Shown: positions 24,278 to 38,228 of the stretch, piece after piece | Position numbering within the stretch: the stretch's first letter is position 1 | Layout of the letters: every line of letters starts with the position of its first letter | NCBI RefSeq assembly: GCF_018350175.1 | Contig: NC_058368.1 | Span: 159,156,001 to 159,220,000, forward strand | DNA length: 64,000 bases | Reading direction: 5' to 3' | Origin: Felis catus | Taxonomy: Eukaryota | Translations under genes and position numbers: made by a program | The notes under the pieces: generated by a model | What the model was told of the DNA's origin: nothing | The model's database searches: none | What the model saw: only the letters and a program-made list of their open reading frames with translations

Positions 24278-24414
24278 ATCCAATGATCAGGTTTAAATAT
24301 TGTTTCCATATTTCTTTTTCACAAAGAACACAAGAGCTATGTAAATGAAATATGACTTTCAAAAATTAATATAAATTCTGTAAACCAACAAGTTAGGGTA
24401 AGTACAAGTTAGAC

Positions 24415-24708
24415 ATGCACTTTCTAATACAGACATATGTGGGCTTTGAGCACTTGAAATGTGGCCAGTCTGAGTACAGATATTTGGTGAGTATAAGATA
24501 AACACAGGATTTTAAAAACAGTTTGGAATAAAGAATGTACAATATCTTATTAATAACTTTTATATCCATCCCATGTTGTAATTGTAATCTTTTGAATATG
24601 TTGGATTAAATATTATTAAAATTAATGTCACTTGTTTTTAAATGCATATACCACATCATTTAAAATTATATATGTGGCCTGTATTAATATTTCTATTGGG
24701 TAATACTG
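24415..24708. mobile_element. MER33-like (hAT-Charlie) DNA transposon relic
   Basis: catatgtggg...ttgagcacttgaaatgtggccagtc...tttaaaattatatatgtggc...atatttctattgg matches recalled MER33/MER3 features. Confidence 0.7.
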
Positions 24709-25084
24709 AGTTGGTCCATCACCTGCTGGTGTTTTACATGTATTTGCTCACTGGTGCATTTGTGAGTAATGACATTATTCACTAACCAATGAACTTTCAA
24801 AGCCCTTTCCACTTTCATGTTGACTGTGAGGGGAAGTTGAGGCCATGAATTATTCATTTGTAGCACTGAGGAAGCATTTAGTGGATCCCAAGAGGAGTGT
24901 TGCGCCAAGGGCACTTTTAGGTAGACAGCCGTCTGACATCTGTTTCAATCTAAGCATATATCACTATGTTCCTCCTTTCTCCCAGCTGTGTATTTAGTCT
25001 CAGAGTTAGGCTTTGCTTTCCCAGCTTTATGGAAAGAGCTGTGTTTGCTAGGTTATACTAAAAACTCTCAGAATTTTTATTCTC

Positions 25085-26425
25085 TTTTTTTCCCCTGCTT
25101 TATTAGATATAATTGACATATAAATTGTGTAAGTTTCAAGTATATAATGTGACAATTTGATGTATGCATATATTGTGAAATGATTACCACAATATGGTTA
25201 GTTAACACACCCATAATCTCACATAGTTATAATTTGTGTGTGTATGGTAACAACTTCTAAGATCTTCCTCGTTAGCAACTTTTAAGTATACAATACTATA
25301 TTGTCAATTATAGTCACCGTGATGTAGCTTACATCCCCAGAGCTTACTCATCTTATAACTGGAAGCTTGTACCCTTTGACCACTTTCACCTATTTCCCCC
25401 ATCCCACTGTCCCAGAAATCACCATTCTAATCTCTGTTTTCATGACTATTTTTTTTTAACATTCCATATATAAGCGAGATCATATAGTAGTTTTCTTTCT
25501 TTATCTGATTTATTTCCATAGTATAATATCATCATTTCATCTGTTTTCACAAATGGCAGAAATTTCTTATTTCTTATGGCTAAATAATAGTCCATTATTT
25601 ACATTAAAAATGTTTTTTTTACCTATCTGTCAGTAGACTCTTAGGTTGCTTCCATGTCTTAGCTATTGTAAATAATGCTGCAGTGAGCATGAGGGTGTGG
25701 ATATCTTTTCAAGATAGTGATTTCATTTCCTTCAGATGTGCACCTAGAAGTGGAATTGCTGGATCATATAATAGTTCTATTTTTAATTTATTTTGAGGAA
25801 GCTCAATACTGTTTTGCATAGTAGCTGCACCAATTTGCATTCCCACCAATAGTGAACAAAGATTCTCTTTCTTCCACATCCTTAGCAATACTTGCTATCT
25901 CTTCTCTTTTTGATAATAGTCATTCTAATGGGTGTGAAGTAATAATTCATTGTGGTTTAAACTTCCATTTCTCTGATGTTTAGTGATGTTGAACACTTTT
26001 CATGTACCTGTTGGCCATTTGAATATCTTCTTTGGGTAAATGTATATTCAGGTTCTTTGCCCATTATTTTATACTACTTACAAAGTTAATTTGAAATGTG
26101 TTACAAACTGAAATGTAAGACCTGGAATAATAAAACTCCTGGGAAAAAATAAAAGAAAAAGATCCTTGACATTGGCCTTGGCAGTATATTGCCAAGATAT
26201 GTTTTCAGGTATAATGTCAAAGCACAAGCAACAAAAGCAAAAATAAATACGTGGAACTACATCAAGCTAAAAAGTTTCTGCACAGCAAAACAAATAATCA
26301 ACAAAATGAAAAGGCAACCTATGGAATGGGAGAAAATATTTGCAAACCACATATTGGGTAAGGGATTTTTTATCATTCAAAATATATAAGGAACTCATAC
26401 AACTCAATAGCAAAAAAATCTGATT
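25085..26425 (-). mobile_element. 5'-truncated, 5'-inverted older L1 (3' part on minus, 25085-26070; inverted part on plus, 26071-26425)
   Basis: The minus part resembles the ORF2 C-terminus and 3' UTR; the plus part encodes KAQATKAKINTWNYIKLKSFCTAK...KRQPMEWEKIFANH. Confidence 0.88.
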
Positions 26426-26999
26426 TCAATTCATTTTTGACACTATTCTCAATTTTAATGTATTTTTATTTGTAATAATTTTTTGATGGTGTTATCTTTC
26501 CTGTCAATGTGATACCCTCCCCAAGGGAACTAAAACATTTTCCATCAGAGAAAAAAAAATCAAATGGCAAGTGTGACTGACATTTGTAGAAATGAAAGTG
26601 ACAGCAAAATCATGGGTAATTGTCTAGGCTGGTTTGGCAGGGAGAAATTATTAAAATGCTAAAAAGACTAACAATAGATGTGTGGAAAGTCTGGGTGCTT
26701 TCTATCAGGCAGAGCTACTGATGTGCTTTGGCTGAACAGTCAGGATTAACTCATTTGGCTATTGGCGCTTGGCTGGGAAGATGGATTATAAAATTGATGC
26801 AAGCTATGCCCTTAATGCAAATATTATGATGTTACAGTTTTCTAACTCTATATTTATTTACTATAGTAACCCCAAACTAAAATAAGAACTTGACTCAAAG
26901 AAAATATCAAGCTGTATGTTTTTTCATACATTGGTTTTACTATTGGTTTTACTTTCTATATCATCTTTCAACAATCCATTTAAGAACTAGATGGGTCTA

Positions 27000-27227
27000 G
27001 GGGCGCCTGGGTGGCGCAGTCGGTTAAGCGTCCGACTTCAGCCAGGTCACGATCTCACGGTCCGTGAGTTCAAGCCCCGCATCAGGCTCTGGGCTGATGG
27101 CTCGGAGCCTGGAGCCTGTTTCCGATTCTGTGTCTCCCTCTCTCTCTGCCCCTCCCCCGTTCATGCTCTGTCTCTCTCTGTCCCAAAAATAAATAAAAAC
27201 GTTGAAAAAAAATTAAAAAAAAAAAAA
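27000..27227 (+). mobile_element. CAN-SINE (SINEC_Fc-like), very young
   Basis: CpG-rich body, long A tail, perfect 18-bp TSD aagaactagatgggtcta at 26982-26999 and 27228-27245. Confidence 0.97.
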
Positions 27228-27989
27228 AAGAACTAGATGGGTCTAAATGCATGAATACTAAAATAGTCATTCACAATTTAATTCATTATATTGATAAACA
27301 AGCTTTTATGAAGACCCACCTACATATAAGTCACTAGGCTGGGATCCGTGGGAAAGACATAGAATCGTTCTTCACCTTATATACCTCATACTGTAGCTGT
27401 GAGATTCCTCCCATCTCAGGGGGAATGGCTCTGTATAGATATAGATAATAGATGAATTCTTAATTGTATGAAGGTGCAGCCATCCCTCATAAAGTGGTAT
27501 CTTGGAAAACTGAAATCCAGAGTATCTTGAGATTCCAAACCATTTACATTCTGTTTTAACCTTTTCCTTAAAGATATCTTTTTAATAGTAAGGATGAGAT
27601 GATTTACATGTTACTTCATTAGAATATGGAGCTGTGAAATAGGTCATATTTATTGTTTTGTCCCTGGCACCTAGTACAGACCCTCGTGCATTGTGTACCT
27701 CATCAGCAGAAGCAAACTCTGATTAGAGTGAGCAAGGATTTGAATGAGATGAGGACAACTGAAAAAAAGAAAACATAATGTACCTGTTGGCTTGTAGAGA
27801 TAACTTTTCTAGTTTTTTGTCCACTCATTTGTCGCTCTTAATATATTTCATGTGATACTGTACATACAACAAATGCTAAATGGTATCGGACCCTACCTAA
27901 TATCTGATAAAATAGTCAAGAGTGGACTGTGTAATATTGATGATTGATGGCTCTGCTATGTTAGTGAAGAAAAAACACATTTGTTGTCT

Positions 27990-28210
27990 ATTTTTCTTTT
28001 TTAATGTTTTTTTTTTAACTTTAGAGAGCCAGGGAGCACATGCATGCCCTGGAGAGGGGCAGAGAGAGAGGGAGATACAGAATCTCAAGCAGGCTCAAGC
28101 TCTCGGTGCACAACATCGGTGAGAGGGGCTCGGTCTCAAAATGTGATGTCATGATCTGAGCTGGAAGCCAAGAGGAAGAAACTTAACGAACTGAGCCATC
28201 TAGGCTCCAT
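27990..28210 (-). mobile_element. CAN-SINE, diverged
   Basis: Antisense ggagaggggcagagagagagggagatacagaatc...ctgagccatctaggctcc; tgttgtct on both sides. Confidence 0.85.
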
Positions 28211-28499
28211 ACTGTTGTCTTTTGTTCTTATTACTTTAAGACTCTTACAGAGGCTTTGTTTAGGGATACACGTACACACATATATAGGGTAGATATATTT
28301 AGAATATAAGGTATATGGAAAAGCTATTATGTATAGGATATATATGGGACATATGGAAAAGCTATTTTATTTTTTTCAGAGTAAATCTATGTCACTAAAT
28401 TGCCTGAGTTATGCAAGCCAATGTCCTTTCTTTCCTCTAAGCAATCCTCACAAATTATACTGAAATTTGCCTTGAGGGTAAATTAAAAATTTAATGGGT

Positions 28500-28905
28500 A
28501 TGTGTGTGCTTTTTTACCTTGTCAGATATGGCTCTTATGTCTTTTCCAGCCTTATCTTTTCCCTTTATTCCTCACTTTCCATACCAACCAACATGCAAAT
28601 ACCATGCTCCCCAGTTTCCAGCCTTTGAAGACTTTGTTTCTTGTCTAATTCCTTCTCATCTTCTGTCCAAAATTTATGATCAGTTTGAGAAACTTTCCCT
28701 GATATCTTGACCTTCAGTAGGTGCCAATGTTATATGTTCCATTTGTACCCCGTATCTTCCCCTACCATAGCATTTACCATTCTGTCAATTTCCTTTGTCA
28801 TCTATAATAGTACTTTCTCTCTCATGATAGGGGCCATGTCTTTTGTTGTATACTCAGAGTTAGCAAATAAGATTATTCCAGTTCAGCATTAGTTGAGAAA
28901 TAAAT
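28500..28905 (+). mobile_element. L2 3' fragment
   Basis: Pyrimidine-rich L2-like sequence, ggggccatgtcttttgttgtatactcagagttagc. Confidence 0.45.
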
Positions 28906-29766
28906 GACAAAAAAACCAAAAAAACAAAAAACAAAAAAACAAAAAAAAAAACAAAACCAAAAAAAAACCTACCACATTTTAATGGGGTCAAAGGGTGAAG
29001 CCAAAATGATTAAAACACCTTGTGAGCACTGCAGAAATTGGACAGAGTATTGACAATTTCTCCATTTATTCTCTAGGTCTCTAATGTAGCATCATATTCC
29101 ATCTGTTTCTTGGCAGCAGTTCCCATGTGTTTATTTAAATCCTAAACCATAAGGTTTTATTACATAAACTCACTTGAAGTTGTAGCCCTTTTACTTGTTT
29201 ATGGAAGTACTATGTTTTTTTTTCTTTTGGAAAAAGATTAATTTTCTCAGCCACAAAAAAGAATATTATCTTCCATGGAGCATTAGGCTCATCACTCTTG
29301 TTTAAAAAAAGTTTTCACTTATGGTTATAACACCAGATGTTAAAATGTTTCATTGTCTAACCATCTGAAACAAAAGCAGATTTTGTTGACCTCAGTTTTT
29401 TTGAGTTTTGTCTCTTTGGGGAAAAAAATCTATTTTATGCCATAAGTCTTATTAACAATCTATCCATGGAATAATTGAAAGCTGAGGTATAGTTGCTTAT
29501 GTTCTTGTTACCTTTAAAAGTATGAAATTATATAAATGAATGATTATAAATTTCTTTGAATATAAAATATTTATGCTATTACTTGTTTGTTTATGGTATC
29601 TAGGCTAGTGTAAATTTGAAGTGTTGAAATATTAAAAGAGATTGTCTTTTGGAGAAATCTATCAAAAATGATCTCCCTGCTGTTAACCATTTTTGGAGCG
29701 GTAATACCATTCAGGTGCTTTGCATACTCAAAGTTACAAACTAATGATGTCAGGTCCAGTGCTATC

Positions 29767-30234
29767 TGTACTTGGTTCAATTGTAGTCCCTTCCCCCCTT
29801 GCCTAAAATTCATGTCCATCTGGAACCTCAGAATATGGCCTTATTTAAAAATAGGATGTTTGCAGATGAAATCAATTTAAGATGTGGTCATATGGGATTA
29901 CAGTAGGCCCTGGTCCAATAACTAATGTTTTTATCAGAAGAAGGAAATTTGACCATAAAGATACATGGGCAGTTAGACAAGCACTTTTGAGTAGAGGCAG
30001 AGTTTGGAGTGATACAGCTATATGCCAATGAATACCAAAGATTGAATACCAAAGATAGAGAAGAGGCAATAAAAGATCTTCCCCTGGAACCTTCAAAAAG
30101 AGTATGACCCTGATGTCATCTTGATTTCAGACTTGTAGCATCCAGAATTGTGAGAGAATAAATTTCTGTTATTTTAAGACAGCCAGTTTTACTTAAAAAC
30201 TACTTTGTTGTGGCAGTCATAGGAAACTAATGCA
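29767..30234 (+). mobile_element. MaLR (MLT1B/C-like) solo LTR
   Basis: TG...CA ends; gaacctcagaatatggccttattt...tgcagatg; ccagaattgtgagagaataaatttctgtt; flanks ctatc/ctatt. Confidence 0.85.
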
Positions 30235-32183
30235 CTATTGTGGAACAAGAGATGAAAAGTGTAACAACTGCCTTTTGAAGGTGCCTCAGTCAAGAAGACA
30301 GACTGAAGTGGAGGTAAGTTAGGGCTTCTAAGGACAGGTGTCTTAGAGTATCACTAAGAGGGATGAAGAGAGAGTGCTCAAGATCTGTGGCAAGTGAAAC
30401 AATTTAAGGAAAAGTAATTTCTGGTACTATGTAGTAAACAGTTTCTTATCTCCACACCTGTAGTGTAAGAAGGGCTAGATTATGGAATTTGGGTGCAGGG
30501 ATAAACAACGCGCATTTTGACAGGTTTTTAACTTTATGTAAGAGGATATTAGGCCTATAACTGTGAGACAGACCCAAAGAGATTATGAGAGGGTAACACC
30601 AATATTCTCCAGTATTCATTCCAGATTAAGTTTGCACGAGAAATTGAGATCAGGATTTGGTGTAATAAAAATTCTATGAGTGCAGTTAGGAATCAGTTGT
30701 TTGTAATGTCACATTTATGTTCTTAGGTTTTAGTTTTTTTGTGCTTCCTATTCATTATTTTTTAATATTTCAACATTGCCTGAGATGAAGTGAGAGAACT
30801 TACAACACTCATCTTGGAAAGGATCTTCTAACTTCGATTTCACCTAGTGTCCAGATGAGAGAGTGAAGTTAGCTGTTTCAATTCAAGAGACTGAAGGGGT
30901 GATAGAATTGCTATGGACACCAAGGGGATACAAGAGGGTCAGACTTAACATAAGCTTGAGTGTTTATTGACTTAAGCCAAGATTTTTCCTCACACTTCCG
31001 ATAGCCAGCTGACAGTTGTTCTTGATAGCATAATAAGTACACCTGATGTTGGCAAGGGTCTCATTGTTCCCTGCAGTAGTCCTAGCATGTCATGTAAGGG
31101 ATGACAGTATGCACATTCATCATGACATATTTTATATGCTCCGTGTTGACAACTCACTCTGATTATTTATAATCATTAGGGTTTTGCCATTTTTTCCTCT
31201 GGTTATGAATTATTTTATTTTACTGATTATTTTACTGATAATCTTACTTAAATCCTAAGAACTACTTCAAGAAACTTGCTCCAACATAGACTCCGTTGGA
31301 AGTCTTCCACTAAAGATGTATGTAAATTCCCAATGGAAAAATGTGTGGCTGCCTTAATCATCCCTTATTAGTGCACACCCAGAAGGAGTCCTAAAAACGA
31401 GCTTCAGAGAAGAAGGCTTAAAGGAGAAATATTAAGCTTATGAGTATCCTGATGAAAAATTGGCCCTCATTAGGATGTGTCTAATATTTCATAAGGAACT
31501 ATCTCAGGTTTGGACTGATTTTATATAAAACTGGAACTACTTAGCCATAAAATCAGTAGATGTTAGATTTGTCGAGAGATTTTAGCATTATGTAATCTAA
31601 TCTCACTTATAGTTGAGGATACTTAAATTGAGAGAAGTTAAGGGATACCTATATTTAACAGTCTTTACTTTGTAAGCATAAATGTTCCCTGGACCACTTC
31701 TAGCATGGCATCTCATTGAATTTATTATTTGTATGTCATGCTTGTCACTGGACTGTAATCTCTGAAAAGCCAGAGCCCTGAGGTTTGGACATTTCTACTA
31801 TTTGCTTTTTGGGAATGCCAAATACTTATTCTTAAATTGTGAGTATCTTGTTCTTAATTTACCATTATCTTCTATCCTTGGTTAGAGAAAGAAGGTCTAG
31901 GAAAAATCAACAGTGAATTCTCAGATGCCCTAAGTTGCTCTGAAAAAAGTCAGGCTACCTAATGACTTTAAAAAAAAAAAAAAGTGTGTTTTGTACTGTA
32001 TGAGAAGGAGCTATTGGTGTAGGGGATTAGGTCAAAGAATCTAATAAAGGTGTACTTATTGTTACACTAAAAGTTTTCTTCAATTACCTAAATTTTGAGA
32101 ACTTTTGAATATTGATGTCCTAGTTTAGTAATGCAAATTGTAATTTGTCAAATATTTATTTATTTTTCAAAATGTAAATGCCA

Positions 32184-32640
32184 GGCATGCCTGGATGCCT
32201 CAGTTGGTTGAGTGTCCGACTCTTGATTTCAGCTCAGGTTATGATCCCAGGGTTGTGGGATCGAGCCCCGTTTTGGGCTTTGTGCTGAGTGTGGGGTTGC
32301 TAAGATTCCCTCCCTCTGGCCTCCTGGATGGCTCAGTCACTTGAGTATCCAACTTTGTCTCAGGTCATGATCCCACGACTCAAGCCTCCATGGAGCTCAG
32401 TGCTGAGAGCTCAGAGCCTGGAGCCTGCTTTATATTCTGTGCTTCCCTCTCTCTTTCTCTGCCCTTACCTTGCTCATCCTCGCTTGCTCTCTCTCAAAAA
32501 TAAATAAAGATTTAAAAAATAAATAAAAATTCAAAAATTCAAAAAAAAAGTTTCTCTCATTCCTTCTGCCCCTCTTCTGTGGTCATATGCTCTCTTTCTC
32601 TCAAAATAATAAAAAAAATTGATTAAAATTAAAAAAAAAC
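32184..32640 (+). mobile_element. Nested CAN-SINEs (inner copy about 32318-32548 inside an outer copy)
   Basis: Two SINE heads and two A tails; the outer CT block resumes after the inner tail. Confidence 0.85.
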
Positions 32641-33034
32641 CTTAAATTTCCAAACATATTAATATTGTGTGAAAACAACCAGGTCCAAATCAAATTTTCT
32701 TCAATAAATGCTGGTATTCTATATCTGCATGTCCTCTTCTTCTTAGTTCTTTTCTGTTTATTACTTACACTGCAAACTTCTCATTGTTGTAATTTGACCA
32801 GATGGTGCTTTTCTGAATATTCCTTTTGACCTTTGCAATTTTATCTTATAACCCAGTGTCTGACTCATTGCCACATCATAGCAGCAACTTGGATAGTTAG
32901 TAACATCAGGAAGTAAGAAATAGTAATGTATTTGGTATTTCCAAAGATCTCAGAACTCATTTCTATTTGATTCTTTCTACCTCTTAATTCTCTAAAAACA
33001 AATCCTGCCATAATGACTAAAAATCCCCCCCCCC

Positions 33035-33242
33035 TTTTTAATGTTTATTTATTTTCAAGAGAGAGAGACACAGAGTGCGAGCAGGGGATGGGCAGAGAGA
33101 GGGGGAGACACAGAATCTGAAGCAGGCTCCAGACTCTGAGCTGTCAGCACAGAGCCCAACATGGGGTTCGAACTCATGAACTGCAAGATCATGACCTGAA
33201 CCAAAGTCTGCCACTTAACCGACTGACCCCTCCAGGAGCCCC
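33035..33242 (-). mobile_element. CAN-SINE
   Basis: Antisense SINE ending ccaggagcccc. Confidence 0.92.
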
Positions 33243-33949
33243 AAAAGAGAGAAATGATGTCTGTAGAGTTTTCTCCTTGCAATAAGTGTGATGATTTCAG
33301 GTAAAATCTAGCCCAGTTGACTTAAAGTCCATCTGAAGAGTAGAACATAAGAATTCTATGGAGATAATTCAAAGGGCCCACAAATATCTGAATTAAATTT
33401 CATGAAGGCTGAGGTTAACATGAGACCCATCTGTCACCAAATATTCTCTAACTCCAACTTTTTGTGGTCATCTGAACAATCTCATTGTTTTCATTTGATT
33501 GATTTTCTAATTAGGAATAGGTTTAAATTTGGACATACCAATAAAATTGTATGAACACATGTAGCCACTTTTTTCATTCTTATATTTTCAAGGTAATATT
33601 ATTAAAACAAGAGTACTGTGATATAGTAAGTTTTATTGTGCATATGTTCTGGTATTTCTTACCATGAATATTCTTTTTAGTTGTAATCAGAGTATACATA
33701 TAATTTAGTATATTGCTTTTGCACATCATATTATATATTCGTAACTTATGAAAATTTAAACCGAAATGAGTAGATTGTGTTTCTAAGAGAGAATGATAAA
33801 TGAGGTACTCTCATAGAACACATTTTTAAAATTTATGATTTAAGTTCTTTTGGTGGACTTCTTTCTGCTTTAAAAAATATTTTTAAAATATAGGAAACTA
33901 TAAAGAATAAAAGACTGTAATACCCTCTGCCAAATATTCTGTAGTGATT

Positions 33950-35150
33950 TTAAAATTAAAGTATCAGGCATTTCTGATTTAAAATTTACTTAAGACTACA
34001 AAATTATGAAAAAAAAAATCTCCCTCACCTTCCTAATCCTGTGTGCAAAAGTCACCATGATTAATTTGCTGCTTATTCTTCTGGATAAAATAGGCGCCAT
34101 TATGTGTACCTGTGTCCTTTTATTTGCACAGGAGAGAGTGTGCAAATATTCTGTCCCCTGCATTGACTATTTCACTTAATAATAACACTTCTTAGGATTC
34201 TTTTTCCATATATTATAAATAGTTCTATTACATTTTTGAAAGCTTCATTCTGAATAATATCCCATTATATAAAATTTTCTTATTTAAATACCCTGCTATT
34301 AATGAAAGATTTATTCCCATTTATTTGCTATATAGTAGATTTAGGCTGTGCAGTATGAAAGCTACAGTGTTCTTACATATATATCTTATAAACTTTTTTT
34401 CTATCAAGTCTACGTGGTAAGATTTTCTTAGTTGCTGGATCAAAAGTGTTGCCATTTAAAAATTTCGATGAATATTGCTAATTGTCCTGTACATATGTTG
34501 TATCAGTTTTGTCCCCCATAGTGAACAGCAATAGCTAAATCCTCAGTGCTCTGTGCCAGGCACTTATTACTTACAGTATTTACCATGTATTAGCTCATTT
34601 AGAGCTAAAATTGACCCTAGAGTAAGATGCTATATCACCCACCCACATTTTATAGATAAGGAACTGAAGCATGATAAAGTGACTAAATCATTTAGCTGAG
34701 ATCATTTCACTAAGAAGTAATGGGGCCACAGAATGAACTCAGGCAGTCCGGCTCCAAAATTTATGCTTTTAACCATCCTACGTATTTCTTAATGGTGCAG
34801 GAAAGAGTTTATATTATCAAACATTAAATTTCAACTGATACAGTAAGTGAAAACAATAAGTCATTTTGAGTTGTCTTTTTTTAATAAGTGAAATTAAGTA
34901 TATTTTTATATTTTGCTTACCCCATCTATTTCTTTTCTTGTAGACTACTTTTTCATATCTTTGAATGGTTTTGTACTCATTACTCGAGTTACTTAATAGT
35001 TTTTTACAAATTCTTAATTTAAAAAAAAATGAACACTACTACTTTGTCATATGTGTTGCAGTAAACTTTCCTAAGAGAAGTTTTATATCTTTATACATTC
35101 AAATTTATTGGGTTTTAGCTTTTAGCTTTTATGTTCTTAAACTTTTCGTT
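33950..35150 (-). mobile_element. Highly decayed L1 (L1ME-like) fragments around a MIR
   Basis: ttcacttaat...ttccatat...aataatatcccattata...ttgctggatcaaa...aatattgctaattgtcct. Confidence 0.45.
34525..34780 (-). mobile_element. MIR SINE
   Basis: ctgtgccaggcact...tattagctcattta...cattttatagataaggaactgaagc...gaactcaggcagtccggctcc. Confidence 0.75.
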
Positions 35151-35602
35151 TTATTTTAATTATTTTTGTTATAAGAATTATAAGAATTCGGGGTGGGGGG
35201 AGAAATGATTCTGGCTTTCATAATTAAAAAGAAAGTTTGTATTTAAGATGGTCCAGACTTGGTGGCTGTTAATATTTGTATAGATTGAGAATGGCCAAAA
35301 GGAAGGCGAATATTAGGGAAAGGCTATGGAAAGATGAAGACATGGCAGAGCAATCTGCTCAGGCCAACTGCCTGGATGAGGAGGAAGAAACGGATCCCTG
35401 ACAGAATAAGTACACCTACTCTCTTCATGTGCGGCATCACTGGACATACACATCTGAAGCCCTGCTATTGCCTACTTTACCTAATGTGTGTAGAAACACA
35501 GAAGCTGAGAGATTGGGAAATGTATAGTAATACAATGCAGGAATGAGTCTGTGAAGGCTAGAAAAATCCCTACGTTCTTTGTAACCTGAAAGACACCTAA
35601 TT

Positions 35603-35816
35603 GTTTTTGTTTTGTTTTTTTAGATTTATTTATTTTTGAGAGAGACAGAGCACAAGTCGGGGAGGGGCAGAGAGAGAATGAGACATAGAATGTGAAGTAG
35701 GCTCCAGGCTCTGAGAAGTCAGCACAGAGCCCAACGTGGGGCTTGAACTCACAAACCATGAGATCATGACCTGAGCCAAAGTCGGACGCTTACCCCACTG
35801 AACCACCCAGGCGCCC
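35603..35816 (-). mobile_element. CAN-SINE
   Basis: Antisense SINE ending cacccaggcgccc; flanks ag(a/g)cacctaatt. Confidence 0.93.
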
Positions 35817-38228
35817 AGGCACCTAATTCTTTTGATGAAATGCTTGCAGTTTTTACCTAAGTCATCTTTGTCCCAAACAAGTACCAAAGAATAGAGGACA
35901 TCATCCAACATAAAATTAAAATACCACTGTGAAAGTGGCTTCTATAGTGCCTGTATCAGTTTGAGTGAAGACGCAATACCATTTGGAATTTATTCCTACT
36001 ATGACATTTGTTGATTTTAATATCTATAATTGGTATCTAGCAAGCTGCCTAGTATTTCACATCTGAAAAAAAAAAAGGTTAGAAGGCTCTTGTTTGTTTG
36101 ATCAATTTGTATGCACCCAGCTGTTAGAACATTGAGTATGAATTTAGATGAGGGAAAAAATTGGCCTCATCTGTCCAGGCTCTCCTATTGTGTTGTTTTA
36201 TAAATTACAGCTTATGGGGAAAAATCAGATGGAGAAAATATTGGGCGGTAATGAAGCAGCTGACAAAAGGAAAATGAGCATAGTGAAATTCTAAGAGCAT
36301 CTTGGATTTCTAGCCTTTATTCATAAATTCTCTGTCCTGTTTTCTTTGCTTTTCTGTCTCTTGATTGTTCTTAATTTTCCTTCCTCCCCTTCCAATTATA
36401 TAAAATAATGATCAAAACTTTTTTTTTCCTAAGGCATGGAGGCAATGGGTAATTGTTATTAAAATTACACTTTTCCCATTTTAAACTTTCTCTGAGAATT
36501 GACCCAGGTTTGAGTAAGTCCTAAGTTTTACTGGAGAGAGTTTTATACAAAACATTCATAATAAAGCTAATAGAAAAAAAAATAGCATCAAATGACATTC
36601 ACCACATAACCTCACTGAAGATAGACAAAAAAAGATTTTGTTGCATCCATGAAAAAAAAATTTAATTGGAAAAAAAAAAAACCCAGATGTATATAAGTGG
36701 AAGCTACTCTCCAACCTGATTTAAATTGAATGGCCTTACTGAGGCGTTGACTCTGGCCCTGGGGAGTTCCTACTATGAGTGCAAAGCCAGTTACAAATGT
36801 GTTTTCAGTCAAATATAATTACTGAAGAACGCAAGCATAATGTTTGCCATCCAAGACCTTTGCAACATGAAACCCCAGATTAGCTTGCATGCACTGAAGG
36901 CCTTTTGAGTGAAGATCTGTCTGAAAAGATTTTGTGGGAAAGATGGTGTAGCTAACCAGATAGAGGAATCTGACTCCACCTCTAGCTGGAAGCCTCTCCT
37001 ATTCACAAGTACCAGCCACAGCTATTACATGTTTGCTTCATTAAAATGGCAGAGGTGAGCCAAAATAAAGAGGAGGATATCATCTCTATCTTTACTGTAA
37101 TATCAGTGTTATGCTTAATATTTGGGGATGGAGGATTATGATCATTTTCCAAGGAGGGATTTACACAATAATGAACTTAATATGTGTTTAATAAGGTTTT
37201 TGTTCTTTTGTGCTCACTGTAATGTGGAAGCAATTTCAGTATGTCTGCACAGAGGTCCCCACTGGCTCACATCACAGTAAGGAACACATCGGCAAAGCTC
37301 CAGGCAGCGTCACACAGTGAAACACATCATTTCTGGTTGCATGTGACTGACTGCCTCTACAGATTGAATTTAAACCGTTAGAGCATTTCTTTCCTATCCA
37401 ATAATGTCTGATTCGAGTGGGTTTTGTTATATTAATGGTGTACTAATCTCCATAAAATCAAAATCTTTTCAGAAATATTCTGCGGTTTGTATTCTATCCT
37501 GTAACACTTATACAGTATGCACAAACTTAATTTCCATATTATTAGAACAATTAGTATGCTTGCCTTTGAAATATATATATGCATATAAAAATATATGCAT
37601 GTGTTTATATACATATATATCAATAAAGTGCTGTGATACAAAGGTGAATATCTTGGCAGATCCAGATTTTTAATTTCTTGGGCTTTTTAAAATATGGAAA
37701 TTACTGAAAGGATCATTAGTAATTTAGGAATTACATTAACAATTGTACTATAGTGTGAGTACACTGCTTTGGATGTCAGAATATCTGAGCTCTTGCCTAT
37801 GTCAAATGTTGGCTCTATGGTATTGAATAAGTCATGTAAACTCTCTGAGCCTTATTTTTACTGTGGAAAATAAGAAAGTTGAATTAGCTAATCTGTAAAT
37901 TGCCCTCCAGGGCCAAAGGGCTGTGGTCATGACCAAAGGGATTCATTAATGAACTTCCCTTACAGAAGTTTCCAAGTTGAAGGCAGAATTGTAATGCTTC
38001 TAGATGAACGAAGTGCTACTGAAAGCTATATTTAACACTGTAAGACTCAAGAGTGAAACTGGGTAAAGTAAGAATTCCCACTTACTTAGGGTTTATAATT
38101 TGTCAACATTTATTGGACCTAGCAAAGGTTTTCTTCTTCTATACAAAACTATTTACATTCTTTAGGATACACAGTATAAAATCCATATTTCTAAACGCAT
38201 CTTCAAGCCTCTGTAGCTTATTTAAGAC

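Noticed and set aside
26991..27270. ORFs overlapping SINEs (also near 6646, 19736, 35481, 44232, 53696 and 56614)
   Set aside because: Translations of CAN-SINE sequence (for example GSVLTAQSLEPASDSVSP) recur in every copy and are not genes
36809..36883. Possible exon after ttttcag (SNIITEERKHNVCHPRPLQHETPD*)
   Set aside because: Stops in all three frames and no good donor nearby
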